This document shows positions 40,639 to 53,734 of a stretch of DNA of 64,000 nt, one piece after another (within the stretch, counting starts at the first letter, position 1; every line of letters starts with the position of its first letter). A program made the position numbers and the translations under genes. The notes under the pieces are model-generated. The model saw nothing but the letters and a program-made list of their open reading frames with translations. It did not search any database and was not told the origin of the DNA. Origin of the DNA: Octopus sinensis (taxonomy: Eukaryota); the NCBI RefSeq assembly GCF_006345805.1, contig NC_042998.1, positions 82,026,001 to 82,090,000 of the forward strand. Reading direction: 5' to 3'.

Positions 40639-41030
40639 TGCTTCTTTTCAGTTTCCCTCTGCTAAATCCACTCACAAGGGTTTTGTCGGCCCGGGGCTAT
40701 AGTGGAAGACACCTAACGTGCTACACAGTGGGAGTGAATCCGGAACCATGTGGTTGATAAGCAACCTACTTAACACACAGCTACGTCTGCGCCTGTATAT
40801 GTATGTATTATGTAGTCTTTTACTTGTTTCAGTCATTTGACTGCGGCCATACTGGAACACCGCCTTTAGTCGAGCCACTCGACCGCGTACTTATTCTATC
40901 AGTCTCTTTTGCCGAACCACTAAGTGACGGGGACATAAACACACCAGCATCGGTTGTCAAGCAATGCTAGTGGGACAAACACAGACACACAAACACAAAC
41001 ACACACACACATATATATATATACATATAT

Positions 41031-41195
41031 ACGACGGGCTTCTTTCAGTTTCCGTCTACCAAATCCACTCACAAGACTTCGTTCGGCCCGAGGCTATAGT
41101 AGAAGACACTTGCCCAAAGTGCCACGCAGTGGGACTGAACCCGGAACCATGTGGTTGGTAAGCAAGCTACTTACCACACAGCCACTCCTGCGCCT
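41031..41195 (-). mobile_element. tRNA-derived SINE (family A)
   Basis: Near-identical inverted copy of 40378-40545. A more degenerate minus-strand copy lies at ~40635-40792. Confidence 0.9.
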
Positions 41196-41299
41196 ATGTA
41201 TATAAGTATTATGTATATATTATGTGACAGGCGGTGATTTTTTAAATATGATTCTAAAGTTGCATTTTAATCATGATTCCATGAAGTGAATCAGTTTCC

Positions 41300-41935
41300 A
41301 TTTCTATAAATGGACACCACATCGCAGTTTATAAATACATACATTTTCGCAGAAACAATACAAGGAATATATAATGCCATTCAGAAAAATATTGTCCTTG
41401 AATAAGTATAGGGTGTTATTGAACACATGCAGAAACATCAACACAAAGAACACGGGTGGAAACGTCCCATTAAAAGATCTGTCAAGCCTAAACATGACAT
41501 AGCGGATATTGTTGCTAGGGGCAGGCGAAAAAACAAAGGATGTTCCATCATAGATGTCAGTTGTCCTGCTCATGTGAATATCGCATTGAAAATCAGAGAG
41601 AAAGAAGTTAACTATGGACACATGCTTCGAAACCTCCAGCTTCTACAACCGGATTTCAAGGTTATATACATAATAATTGGAGCACTTGATTTTGCAAGTA
41701 AATACCTAACTATCAGTCTAGATAAGCTTGGATTTTCAGAAAAAGAAATCAACCAACTGATTTTCACATTACAAATACGAACTGTTAGTGGAACAATAAA
41801 AGTATGCAAGACATTTCCCAAGTTTAAAATGTGAGGTTTGTGTTATTTACACTCCAACCATGAGCTTTGTATCTTTATTAGACACTAGGTCCTTCGTCAG
41901 AGGAAGTATTTAAATGATAAAACCAGAAGAGAACA
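41300..41935 (+). mobile_element. RLE-type non-LTR retrotransposon 3' end (R4/Dong-like)
   Basis: KHDIADIV..CSIIDVSCPAHVNIALKIREKEVNYG..LQLLQPDFKVIYIIIGAL is a decayed PD-(D/E)xK RLE domain. It is followed directly by (ATAC)n. Confidence 0.75.
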
Positions 41936-42291
41936 TATACATACATACATACATACATGCATACATACATACATACATACATACATACATACACACATAC
42001 ATACATACACACATACACATGTACGTAGTACATATATACATGCATATTATACATTGTAGGTATAATAAATCTACTCTTACGGATACGGTTCACACTCGAC
42101 ATTGTACTCCAATTGTGTAATGTAGTGTGTCCATACAGCTAAAATGTATGAGTAAGCTGACTAGAGTGCCGCGATTTTAAGGATGCCACGTGATTGCAAC
42201 ACGTAATATATATTCTCCTCTCATACCACCTAACTCTTATGGTACACACGCACGCACACACACATACACACACACACACAACACACACACA

Positions 42292-42333
<42 letters not shown>

Positions 42334-43303
42334 ACATACACTCACTCATATATATATATCGAAAGTGAATAAGTGTGGAGGTACGTGTGTGTTGGGATTC
42401 ATTTACTTGCGTTATTTTTTCTTCAGACAACATAACAATGCAAATGTAACTTTTCTATGACAGATTAGGTTGAATGATGTCACTATATTTTATTTAAAGA
42501 TGTGAGCAACTTGTATTCATTTTAACACTGTTAAAATATTTGTTAAGAAGACTCTATCGTTTTTTTTTTCACTCATCGATTATGTGTGACTGATATCGGT
42601 TTAGCAACATTCAAAACCAGATGCTACAGAATATATTTTTCATTTGTTTCATGAAAACAAATGAAAATTATATTCTATCATGAATGTAATGATTAGAAAT
42701 CTCTATAAATATAAGAAGTACTCTTTGAGTAAAATATGTTTCACAATTCGTATTTATAGTTTATTAATATAGTTTACTACAAATAAATTAGAGCCTGTAT
42801 GTAGAAAGCTTGTGGTTTATGTTAACGTTTCGAAAAATATTCTGGTTGGATATGTATACTACTACATCATATATTTGATGTGATATGTTGTCTACTATAA
42901 ATATACATTTTGTTTGATATATATTTGTCGGTATATGTTTTCTGGTATACATACGTTATCTGTTATATATAATTATGACTGAACATATGCATTATGATAC
43001 CCGAAAAATAATTTGGAATAGTTCTTTAAAATGGAAAAAATAGTGTCATTCTTTCTATGCGAGTATATTTAAAATAAATTATAGGCCATTTTTTAAAATT
43101 ATGAAAAGAAATAGCTAATATTTCTGTTTTGGAAGGAATAGATTTAGCTTATTATGCATAAGAAAATAGAGAAACATGGATGTTTTTAAAGCACTATTAC
43201 TTCCTTGTACTAAAACGTTACCACTCCAGTATGATTTTCAATTCATAATTATATATATATATGAGTGAATCCGTGATTAAAATTATACGATACATTACCA
43301 AAT

Positions 43304-43452
43304 AGGCGCAGGAGTAGCTGCATGGTAAGAAGATTGCTTCCCAACATATGGTTCCAGGTTCAGTCCCACAGCGTGGCACCTTGGGCAACTGTCTTCTACT
43401 ATAGGTTCGGGCCGACTTTGATTAACGGAAATTGAAAGAACCCTGTCGTATG
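43304..43452 (+). mobile_element. tRNA-derived SINE (family A), internally deleted
   Basis: aggcgcaggagtagctg..ggttccaggttcagtccc..aagaaccctgtcgtat. Confidence 0.8.
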
Positions 43453-43562
43453 TATATATATATAGTTAATCCAAACAAGAAAACACAAAAAAACACAGCA
43501 ACGCGAGGACGTGGAACAAATAAAGTATTATTGGACGCTCAGGAAAGAAGGGAAGAAGGAGG

Positions 43563-43597
43563 GTCTAACGTTTCGAGCGGAGCTCCTCGTCGGAAAC
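43563..43597 (-). ncRNA. Minimal hammerhead motif (U4C)
   Basis: Minus strand: GTTT-CCGACGA-G GAGC tcc GCTC-GAAAC GTT-AGAC. Confidence 0.5.
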
Positions 43598-43653
43598 ATA
43601 GGAGAAGGAAAGATCCCGAGAAAGGAAGACAGAGGGAAAAAAATCGCTGGCGG

Positions 43654-43711
<58 letters not shown>

Positions 43712-44016
43712 TGTGTGTGTGTGTGTTTGTGTGTGTGTGCGTGCGTGTGTCTGTGTTTGTCCCTCCACCGTCGCTTGACAACCGATGTTGGTGTGCTAAG
43801 GTCTCCGTATCTTAGCGGTTCGTCAAAAGAGACCGATAGAATAAGTACTAGGCTTACAAAGCAGAATGGTATACATATCAGTTGGAACTTACACACAAGG
43901 TTCAGGGAACATATGTATACCATTCTGCTTAACTAATGGAACTGCAGATACAATATCACTCCATATCTTCCATCTGTTTTCATTCCTTCACTTCACTCTC
44001 TATTTCATATCTCACC

Positions 44017-44060
44017 GTTTCCGATGAAGGGATATATAAAATATCCCAGAAACAGCTGGG
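44017..44060 (+). ncRNA. Degenerate hammerhead of the 13-15 kb family
   Basis: GTTT-CCGATGA-A GGGATAT ataaa ATATCCC A-GAAAC agct GGG. The cleavage triplet and the 3' strand of stem I are lost. Confidence 0.45.
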
Positions 44061-44139
44061 ATATTCTATATATAAATGTTCTGAAATCTTTCACAGCCTT
44101 GGATTTTTATCTCATTCTGTTAATTTATATATGTATATA

Positions 44140-44174
<35 letters not shown>

Positions 44175-47100
44175 GCATGCTAATACATGACATTCGTTGG
44201 ACTCCTCATTCACATAATCACCGAACCTGGAGCTTAACTATTGTCTGTCCATAGCACTGACATCTTTGGGACTTCTTGACACCATTACCTCTCATAACCT
44301 ATACATATATATATAAGTATATATGTATGTATGAATGTATGTATGTATGTATGTATGTATGTATGCATGCATGTATGTATGTATGTATGTATGTATGTAT
44401 GTATGTATGTATGTATGTATGTATGTATGTATGTATGTATGTATATGAAATTTATGTATGTATATTTATTTACCCACTTTGGCACCGGATATAACATAAT
44501 TTGCCAGTTATACAAGACACGTGCACTTTGGGGATGGCGTGAAAAATACAGAACGGAGTTGGAGAGAAGTATTCGAGGTATTTATCAAACTTTATTCCCC
44601 TTTGTTCTTCACTGCACTTGCAAACCTAACTTAGCCGCCAGTAAAAACATGTATAGTGGTTTAGTGAGTAGAGTTAACTCTGTGTAAATAGTATTTTAGA
44701 GGGGGAATTGGATGGATTCCTGTGCATTTAACCATTTACAAACTTGTTAGGCAAAAAAAAAACGTACTTTCTCTCATTTGGGCACTGTGTGAAAATCTCG
44801 TTTCTGATGTTAACGTAGTTTCTTGCGTGATGAGAAGATGATTTCTTAACATCTTAATATACTTCCATTTTCGGCTTGGCATAATCTATACATTTTGCAA
44901 CTACTAAAACTTATGTTGCAATTATTGGCGCTTTTGTTTTCTACAACCATTCATAACTAGCACGACATTAATGGTAGACACAATGTTACAAACCTCGCTA
45001 CACATGTAAGGTCCCTGAAAGAGGCGTAATTAAAACAGCTTTCGCTTCTGTTAGGGATATAAATGTTCAGAAGTGTCTTTACTTCTAAAGTTCATTGTAA
45101 AAGCATTGGGTACTTATAGCTAAAAGTTTTGATCCGGTTTCGATCGTATTTCCTTAGTTACAAAGTGCAATTTCAAAAGAATAAACTCTACTGTGTTAAA
45201 AGATTAACAAATTTGTCTTCCTACGTCAGCACCCTGTTACTATGTAAATAATGCTTAGCCTTTTGTATATTATTCTTTCTTATCCGTTGTAAAAGTATGT
45301 TTTTGTATCATGAATAGCTGTCAAAATATTATTCAGAAAAACTTTCTTACATACTGGCTTCTCGATATCATTCTTGAAAAATAAATTTTCCTTTTGTAGT
45401 TGTTGCTCAATATCCTGTCTTTCTAAGTGTATTTGACGTTCAGTTGGTTTGTTCCGGAATTCTTTGAAAATATTTCATTTCATTCTCTTTGTAATGCAAT
45501 TATTCATTAATATATAAGGGGAAATGTTTTCTTTACTCCATATATTATTAAAATGACGGGAATGATTTATATTTGTGCTAAGGATTCTTAACACATCTAT
45601 GTTGGTCTTTTGTATTTCTGTATTGAACAATAATGTTATCAGGTCAGTCGACCTGTGTGTGTATACTTGTGCTTACGTTATCTGTGTGTTTGTGTTTGGG
45701 AGTGTATGAGTGTATGTATGTGTGTTTTTGAATGTATTTGTGTGTGTGTGTGTATTTATACAACTCTGTGCCAGTGCATGCATTTTGATATTAGTTTTCG
45801 TACAAACTGCCATATGCATTTCAAAAAATGTTGCTAACATGAATATTTCTCTTTAGTTTGCATACATATTGGCCTTTATATTTCTCGTTCTCTCAATCTG
45901 TATCTCCATCTCTCCTTTTCCTTCTCTTTCCTCTCAACTAAATTTAACAACTTGCACTTGTATATTAGACAATATACATATTTAGAGAATATTTTGTAGA
46001 ATTTTTAGATAGTTTTATGCCTAAATATTCTAACTACATGATATATGTGATAATTTTTACAAAATAGTTTCTTAAGCATTTATATAACTATTCACAAAAT
46101 ATGAATAGCACTTAATGGTTTTCTTTACGTCTTTATAAAATCATGGAAATATATTTTATTAAAGTTTGTCTCAATCCGAGAGAAAAATCACATTTCATTT
46201 TACGACGCTTAGTTTTTAGTTATGGAAGATTTTTTTTTCAAGAGCAATGTTAAGAGAGCTGGTGAAAAATATAGTAATATCCAAATACTGAACTCTAAAA
46301 TGATGATTCATAAACCACGTAATGCCACAGGATGGTGTTCATGACATCTGAAGCTCCTGGATTTATAGAGCAAAATCATTATGTCCAGAAATCAAAAGCG
46401 TGATAAAAAATACAAATTTTATAATTCTGCTAATACTTTTGCAATAAAAATTTCCTACTCGGTGAAATTATGTACAGCTATGTAGATCGGGCAACATGCA
46501 GTATTTTTACAAAATAATCAGTATTTGCATCTATACTAGTTTTCTGTTTTTCAGATTCATTATCTGGTTTTCGAGCATTGATATTATAATACATAATTTT
46601 TAGAAATTAGCTTCTTTACTGTAACTGATACCGGAATCTCATGAAGAAGACCCAGAGTGGATTGTGAACTATGGCTTATGCAGGATTTAAGGATACTCAC
46701 TCGGTTAAGTCACTAACTGACTGGACTTATGAGGAATGGCATTCAATATAAAAGTAAATCTGCAGAGAGCCACCACGTGACTTCGGTCAACGGCAAATCA
46801 TCAACGGACTTTTATTGCGGTAACGTAAGTTGGAGTTTGAACATCTCCGGTTGGATTACCAGAGCAGTGAGGATGTCTGCTGTTGAAATATCCGAAAGAT
46901 CTCATGTGTCCAATCTCATCCAGATAGATCTTAAAGCCAAGTCAGTTATATTTACATTTTCGCGGTGTGGATGTATTTATGCATTTGCTTTATGTGAAAT
47001 ATTCCCTATAGTGCCAGTACACGAAAATTCCCCTTTTTAGCATAATAACGTTGATTGAGAATGCAATCACTGGCGATAGATATAGTTAATTTAATGCAAA

Positions 47101-48859
47101 ATAGCACGTGACTTTATAACTGAATAAACATTAGAAAACCTTAACATAAGATAATTTATTCTTCCATTTAGCTGCATTAAAACAATATTATTTTATATTG
47201 TATTGAATCAAATATAATTTTAGTTACTAAATCAAATATGAAATAATTGTCTTCAATGTTTTTTCTACTAAACTTCATCATACTGATTGAAAGATGCACA
47301 AATTAAATATTCAAACTTTGGAACAAAGTCAAGAAAATGTCAATGAGCTGCAGTTATCAGGAAACTTGATCTAAATAATAAAATTTAAACTGGCGCGTTC
47401 TTTTTTAAAGACATAAAATGCGATTATGATGATTAATAATGATGAGATAAACGTCTACGTCATACAGTCAACAGATATTGTTAACTAGTGTCTAGACATG
47501 TCATTTCTTTTATAGATAAAACGAAATACTGAATAGTATTTGATATTATAGAATACAAACATATCCAGATTGCTTTCTTATTTTCATAAATATTGATATA
47601 TCGTTTTAAAATAACACAGAGAAGAATATGGTGATGTTTTAATACTCCAACCTGAATTCGCTCATGAAATAAAATAACATGATTTATATAGAATACCATT
47701 TTACTACATAGGTCTGAAACTACCTAATTAAATTTGATGCAAAATATAAAAAAATGACGTTCTTCTCTTTGCTTGGTATATCAACATTTGTGCAACGACG
47801 CATTGACCAAGGTTAAGAAAAAACCCCAGATTTCGACTACAGGTAATGGAAAACATAACGGTATTTTGCTGGTTATATTTATACCACAAGTGTTAAAAGA
47901 CTTATCAATATACATTTGTCAAATTTTCTCACACATTTCCACTTACTTTTTCAACCTTAGTGATCGAATTTGTATAAAATATCGATGAATAAAATACAAG
48001 ATTTAAACTCATTCATGAGCATAAAGATCACTACTACTTCAGTCTTTCCCCTTTATAAGCAGACGGTCGAGCCATTGATGTCAATCTGTACTCTGAACAG
48101 CTGTATCGGATGCATGTTATTGTGCGACTAAAATATCCAGCGTTGGCTAACAGCGAACTGGTATCAAGGAACAGACAGAAAAGCGGTTTCAGATGGTGCA
48201 AAAAGATGGCCTCTACATTCAATGCTTGACTGCTTTTGATGTAACATAACGAATAAAGCAAATAAGCTACCAAAATATTGGAAAACTTTTGACACAACAC
48301 AATATAAGCATAAAAAGTGCATTAGCTAAATAGAGGACCTCATTACACGAGCACTCCTAAGTTTCATAGTAATCTCTTCAACATCGACTGTAACTTCGAA
48401 ATTTCATCGACTGCAGGAATGATTTAATGCGAAAGTGAAGGCACATAATTGCTTAGAGTAGCGTTCTCTTCTATGAAGAGTATACTGAAATCATTTCAAG
48501 GTGGGTATGATGGACACTAAATATTTCATTTGGGTTGTAAGTGTGAGGAACGAGATGTGCTTTAAGGATGCTGCGGAAAAGGCAGCTGGAGATATTAGAC
48601 AGCTGTAAGAAAGTAAGAAGCAAGGGTTAGACGAGGGTACGTTACAGATTGAGATAGTAATACAAATAGTGGCATGACTCGGAAACAAAGAGAGTAACGT
48701 TATTTCACATACTCCGAGTAGCATTCGCGCTAATCCACAAATATTTAGATAAATATACACAACCTTCCATATATCTGTGTTTGGCTATATTAGTGTAGAT
48801 ACACATAGAGGTAGAGTCATGCATAGCCATATGCAAGGAAACCACAAGGAATGATTCTA

Positions 48860-48901
<42 letters not shown>

Positions 48902-49774
48902 GTATGTTTATAAGAAATCATTGATCAGAGAACAAACATCAAATTCGAGTCAACAACTTTATATGTAACACCGCGCCTCCAAACATTTGATCATATGTAA
49001 ATATTATCATGGCTCCTAAACATATAAAGTATACATATATAAAAACGCAGAGGGTAAACATATATAAGCGAATAAAAATACAGATATATAGACCAGCCTA
49101 TCAAGAAGGTATATACAATCGACTAAAAATTCTAAAGGGTGACATGCGACTAAAAAGCTAAATAAAATTTAAAACATATCATATATAGAAACGTACAAGG
49201 ATACAACATATATATTTAAAGGTGAATTTCTCCCCCCCCCCCCAAAAAAAAAGACGTCGATCAGAATTCACTATGTGAGCATGTTATTAACCTAGAGTAT
49301 ATGTATGTACTCCCGTAGGCATACGCAAACCTGTATACATTTGTAACAAATAAAAAAATGAAGTTTTAGAGAAAAATAGGGGAAAACACAAAATTAGACG
49401 GAAATGATTTAAATTTTAGAATTTCTTTACAATATTTATATTAAATTTACTACTTTCTTTTTCTTTCTGTATTATAAGGCAATTTATATGCTATCTATAT
49501 GACTTCGTGTAATAACGCTACATCAAAAATGTATCTAACAACGAAGAATTCAACTCTACTTCTTACTGATGTTGTAAATCTAAGTATACAGGCATACGTA
49601 GCATATTATATTTGTTTAAACACATTTACGTATTTATATTCATAAACAGCTGTGCAGATACGTTATGAATTAATGGATTTGGCATTTTTAATGTTGCTAT
49701 CAGCAAGTAAGTATAAATGTATATCTACTCCGTTGTAATAATGAATGTACGAGCATGTTTGTATAAATAATAAA

Positions 49775-49871
<97 letters not shown>

Positions 49872-50335
49872 TATATATATTACGTTTGTGTGTGTGCATC
49901 CTGTGCGTATTTGATTAAATGTTATCCATTAATGATCAAATAGAAGCTGGTTAGACAGAATAACGCAAATCAGCTAAAGTAATCCATTATTGTAGCACGG
50001 AATGCATCGATGAAAGGAAGCTCATTGTCGTTTGGTAATCCACAAAAGCATCCAAACATGAATGAAACCTTTGGTGTGCCGTAAAAACAATAAAGATAAA
50101 AGAATGGCTCAACCACTACTGCTATAGTTGCTTCATTGAGAGTTTTTATTGTGACCCAAACTTGGTACAGTCAGGTACGCAGTATGTAATTATTTACGCA
50201 TTCCTCCCAACTCATCAGGTTTAGCAACTCTAGAAGCGAGCAGTGATGATCATTTGATTAATCAACATATCTGTATTTAATTGTATATTTGGTTACACGT
50301 GCTGGATTTATTGAAAATATCTTCTTTCTCCACAG

Positions 50336-50346
50336 ACTAATAACAG
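50336..50346 (+). other. Candidate 11-nt microexon
   Basis: cttctttctccacag|ACTAATAACAG|gtaagt. Confidence 0.35.
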
Positions 50347-51048
50347 GTAAGTTATATATATATTTCAAATATTTTTCAAATAATTTTATTGTATTTTATA
50401 GTAGGTTTTTTAAATGGTTATATTATTTTATCATTATTATTTATTGGATATAACTTTCTATGTGTATTCCATAGAATAAGGTTATCCTGAAATAGGAGTT
50501 GCGGTTCTATTGGTAAAATCCCAAATTTCTAATATTTTAAATGATACTGTTTACATCGCATTAGTAAAGTGTAAAACAGCAACTGTCCTGATAACCTGGA
50601 ATACATATTATTCCCTAAATTTATATATATATATACACACTTTTACTCTTATTTGTTTTATTCATTTCACTTCAGCTATGGAGGAGCACCGCATTTAGTC
50701 GAACAAATCGACCCCAGGACTTATTCTTTGTAATCCTAGTACTTATTCTATTGGTCTCTTTTGCTGAACCGGTAAGTTACGGGGACGTAACACACCAGCA
50801 TCGGTTGTCAAGTGATGGGGTCGACAAACACAGACAAACAAACATATATACAAACAATTCACAAGAAAAACAAGTGCCGGAAAGGTAATTTTCTAAGATA
50901 TTATTAATCTTGTTATTATCTAGTAATACTATTTTCAAAAATGATAATAACAAAATCAATAATATAGGCGATTGCAACCCGCCCCCCAAAATCATTAAAT
51001 AGCTGAACGATTAGAATTAGTATGTCCACTGATTAATTTGAGTCCTTC

Positions 51049-51091
<43 letters not shown>

Positions 51092-51254
51092 GTTATCGCC
51101 ATACTAATATGGCATTCTTATAAAAATAAGAAAAAAGCTGACCGCTTATTAGCTCCATGAGGCCATCGCCTTAAGTTAGCTATTTGATACACAAACTGTA
51201 TCCATATAACCTTTGAACAAGGGAGGTCAGTCGCTCCACACTACTTGGCCGGCA

Positions 51255-51296
51255 GCTACAGACGCGTTTCGGGGTATTGCCCCTTTTCAATGCAGC
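51255..51296 (-). ncRNA. Minimal type I hammerhead ribozyme, U3-A8 variant (copy 1)
   Basis: Minus strand: GCTGCA-TTGAAAA-GGGG caata CCCC-GAAAC gc GTC-TGTAGC. Confidence 0.75.
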
Positions 51297-51618
51297 GTAG
51301 CCAAACCAGTAGGTGTCGCTTCCGACAATCTCTGTTCAAAGGTTTTATTTACCTAGCTTCGGTGGAATACATCCACTTGTTTTCAATAATAGAAATATTA
51401 AAATTACTAAGTCTCTCTAAAAGAGAACAACGGCAGCGTTCCCGGAAAATATTAGTTATCGCCATACTAATATGGCATTCTTATAAAAATAAGAAAAAAG
51501 CTGACCGCTTATTAGCTCCATGAGGCCATCGCCTTAAGTTAGCTATTTGATACACAAACTGTATCCATATAACCTTTGACAAGGGAGGTCAGTCGCTCCA
51601 CACACTACTTGGCCGGCA

Positions 51619-51660
51619 GCTACAGACGCGTTTCGGGGTATTGCCCCTTTTCAATGCAGC
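51619..51660 (-). ncRNA. Minimal type I hammerhead ribozyme, U3-A8 variant (copy 2)
   Basis: Identical to copy 1. Confidence 0.75.
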
Positions 51661-51991
51661 GTAGCCAAACCAGTAGGTGTCGCTTCCGACAATCTCTGTT
51701 CAAAGGTTTTATTTACCTAGCTTCGGTGGAATACATCCACTTGTTTTCAATAATAGAAATATTAAAATTACTAAGTCTCTCTAAAAGAGAACAACGGCAG
51801 CGTTCCCGGAAAATATTAGTTATCGCCATACTAATATGGCATTCTTATAAAAATAAGAAAAAATAAGAAAAAAGCTGACCGCTTATTAGCTCCATGAGGC
51901 CATCGCCTTAAGTTAGCTATTTGATACACAAACTGTATCCATATAACCTTTGAACAAGGGAGGTCAGTCGCTCCACACTACTTGGCCGGCA

Positions 51992-52033
51992 GCTACAGAC
52001 GCGTTTCGGGGTATTGCCCCTTTTCAATGCAGC
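51992..52033 (-). ncRNA. Minimal type I hammerhead ribozyme, U3-A8 variant (copy 3)
   Basis: Identical to copy 1. Confidence 0.75.
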
Positions 52034-52248
52034 GTAGCCAAACCAGTAGGTGTCGCTTCCGACAATCTCTGTTCAAAGGTTTTATTTACCTAGCTTCGGT
52101 GGAATACATCCACTTGTTTTCAATAATAGAAATATTAAAATTACTAAGTCTCTCTAAAAGAATGCCATATTAGTATGGCGATAACTAATATTTTCCGGGA
52201 ACGCTGCCGTTGTTCTCTTTTAGAGAGACTTAGTAATTTTAATATTTC

Positions 52249-52288
<40 letters not shown>

Positions 52289-52749
52289 ATTTGGGGCATC
52301 TCCACTGCAGTACCAGGCAGTGGCTCTCATGGCCTCTTATCTTAACTGATTGGAGGTGTTAACATGTAAATTGTTTTGTCTTGGTATAAAAGATGGACTA
52401 CAGCAAATATTCTGCCTAATACTACAGATCTGCTTGTCAATCTTAACCAGTTGAGCTTATCCTTTGGTGGCTGACGATATGTGCGTCTGTGATCAGGAGC
52501 AGAAGTAGTGATGGATCATCATAGCCATGTGTTGGGAAAAACAAACCATAACAATCTTTTGTTTTTGCCAACGGTGTAATCTGCAGTGCGTATATGAAGT
52601 AATGTAATAATGATTCTTTCTACTATAGATGAAGGGACTGAAATTTTAGAGGAGGATTTTAGTCGATTTTATCGACCCCAATGCTCAACTGGTAATCATT
52701 ATATCGACCCCTAAGAAATAAAAGGCAAAGTTGAATATGGTGGAATTGA

Positions 52750-52827
52750 AATGATAGTGATGATAATGATGATGACGATGATGACGACGATGATGACGAC
52801 GATGATGATGATGATATTAATAATGAC

Positions 52828-52915
<88 letters not shown>

Positions 52916-52960
52916 ATAATAATAATAATGGTAATAATAATAATAATAATAATAATTTCA
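52750..52960. repeat. Compound (GAT)n/(AAT)n/(GTA)n microsatellite
   Basis: Direct inspection. Confidence 0.95.
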
Positions 52961-52969
52961 CCCCAAGAG

Positions 52970-53640
52970 TGACACTGATATGCTGTACTTGTTCAGAAGA
53001 AAGTGTAGGAGAAGTTTGATCAGTTGCCAGGATTCTATCGAAGCAGAGGGATGTCGTTTAAGGTGGTATGTAAAACATACTATGGGATCATTGTTGAAAT
53101 ATGTGAAAAAAGCCGGCGTCATTAAAACTGATAATTGTGTAAAGAAAGAAAAAACTCAAAGAGGAAAAATACACAAAAAAAGAGTAACAGCATGGAGGAG
53201 AAAATATTATGGTCAGTTTGCAAGAGATATGAATGCCAAGACAGATACAGAAGAACGGTGGCTATGGATGAGGAAGAGTGACTTGAAAATAGAGACAAAA
53301 GAACTCATATGTGAAGCACAGGAACAAGCATTAAGGACTAACTATGTAAAGTGCAGAATCGAGAACACAACCGTCAGCGACAAAGGCAGGATGTGTAGTG
53401 TGAGTCGGGAAACGGTATGGTACATCGTTACCGAATACTCTGTCTCAACTCGATTACAAAACACCTGACAATACAGCAAAAATGCTCCATTGAGACCTCT
53501 TTGGAAATTACGTCCTACAAAAAGAGAAAAGACTTGGTATGAGGTAACTCCAGAAGGAGTTACTGAGAATGAAGATTTCAAAATCATTTGGGATGCAGCG
53601 ATTCGGTGCAATCATCTGGTTATACACTAGGTCTCGTGCC
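52970..53640 (+). mobile_element. R4/Dong-clade LINE fragment (thumb, CCHC finger and start of RLE)
   Basis: YGQFARD..WLWMRKSDLKIETKELICEAQEQALRTNYVKCRIE..GRMCS..ETVWYIV, then WYEVTPEGVTENEDFKIIWD. Confidence 0.8.
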
Positions 53641-53678
53641 AAAATTAGAAACTATTATTATTGTTGTTCTTGTTCTTG

Positions 53679-53734
<56 letters not shown>

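Larger units (their letters stand above)
51085..52253 (-). mobile_element. Retrozyme-like tandem array: three ~364-bp units plus a ~94-bp inverted end, inserted in (TA)n
   Basis: Unit starts at 51085, 51448 and 51812 are near-identical. 52160-52253 is the reverse complement of the unit junction. One HHR per unit, on the minus strand. Confidence 0.85.

Noticed and set aside
41870-41905. Minus-strand CTGACGA-AGGAC..GTC in the RLE LINE 3' UTR
   Set aside because: The GAAA half of the core is absent.
46555-46824. Possible 270-nt + strand exon (tttttcag..gtaagt)
   Set aside because: Stops occur in all three frames, and the splice-like motifs alone are insufficient.
51245-52173. Three repeated 62-96 aa ORFs on the + strand of the tandem array
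   Set aside because: They have non-ATG starts and no recognisable domain, are repeated only because the unit is repeated, and lie antisense to the ribozyme.
51085-52253. CRISPR-like array
   Set aside because: The units are long and identical with no unique spacers, the context is eukaryotic and there are no cas genes.
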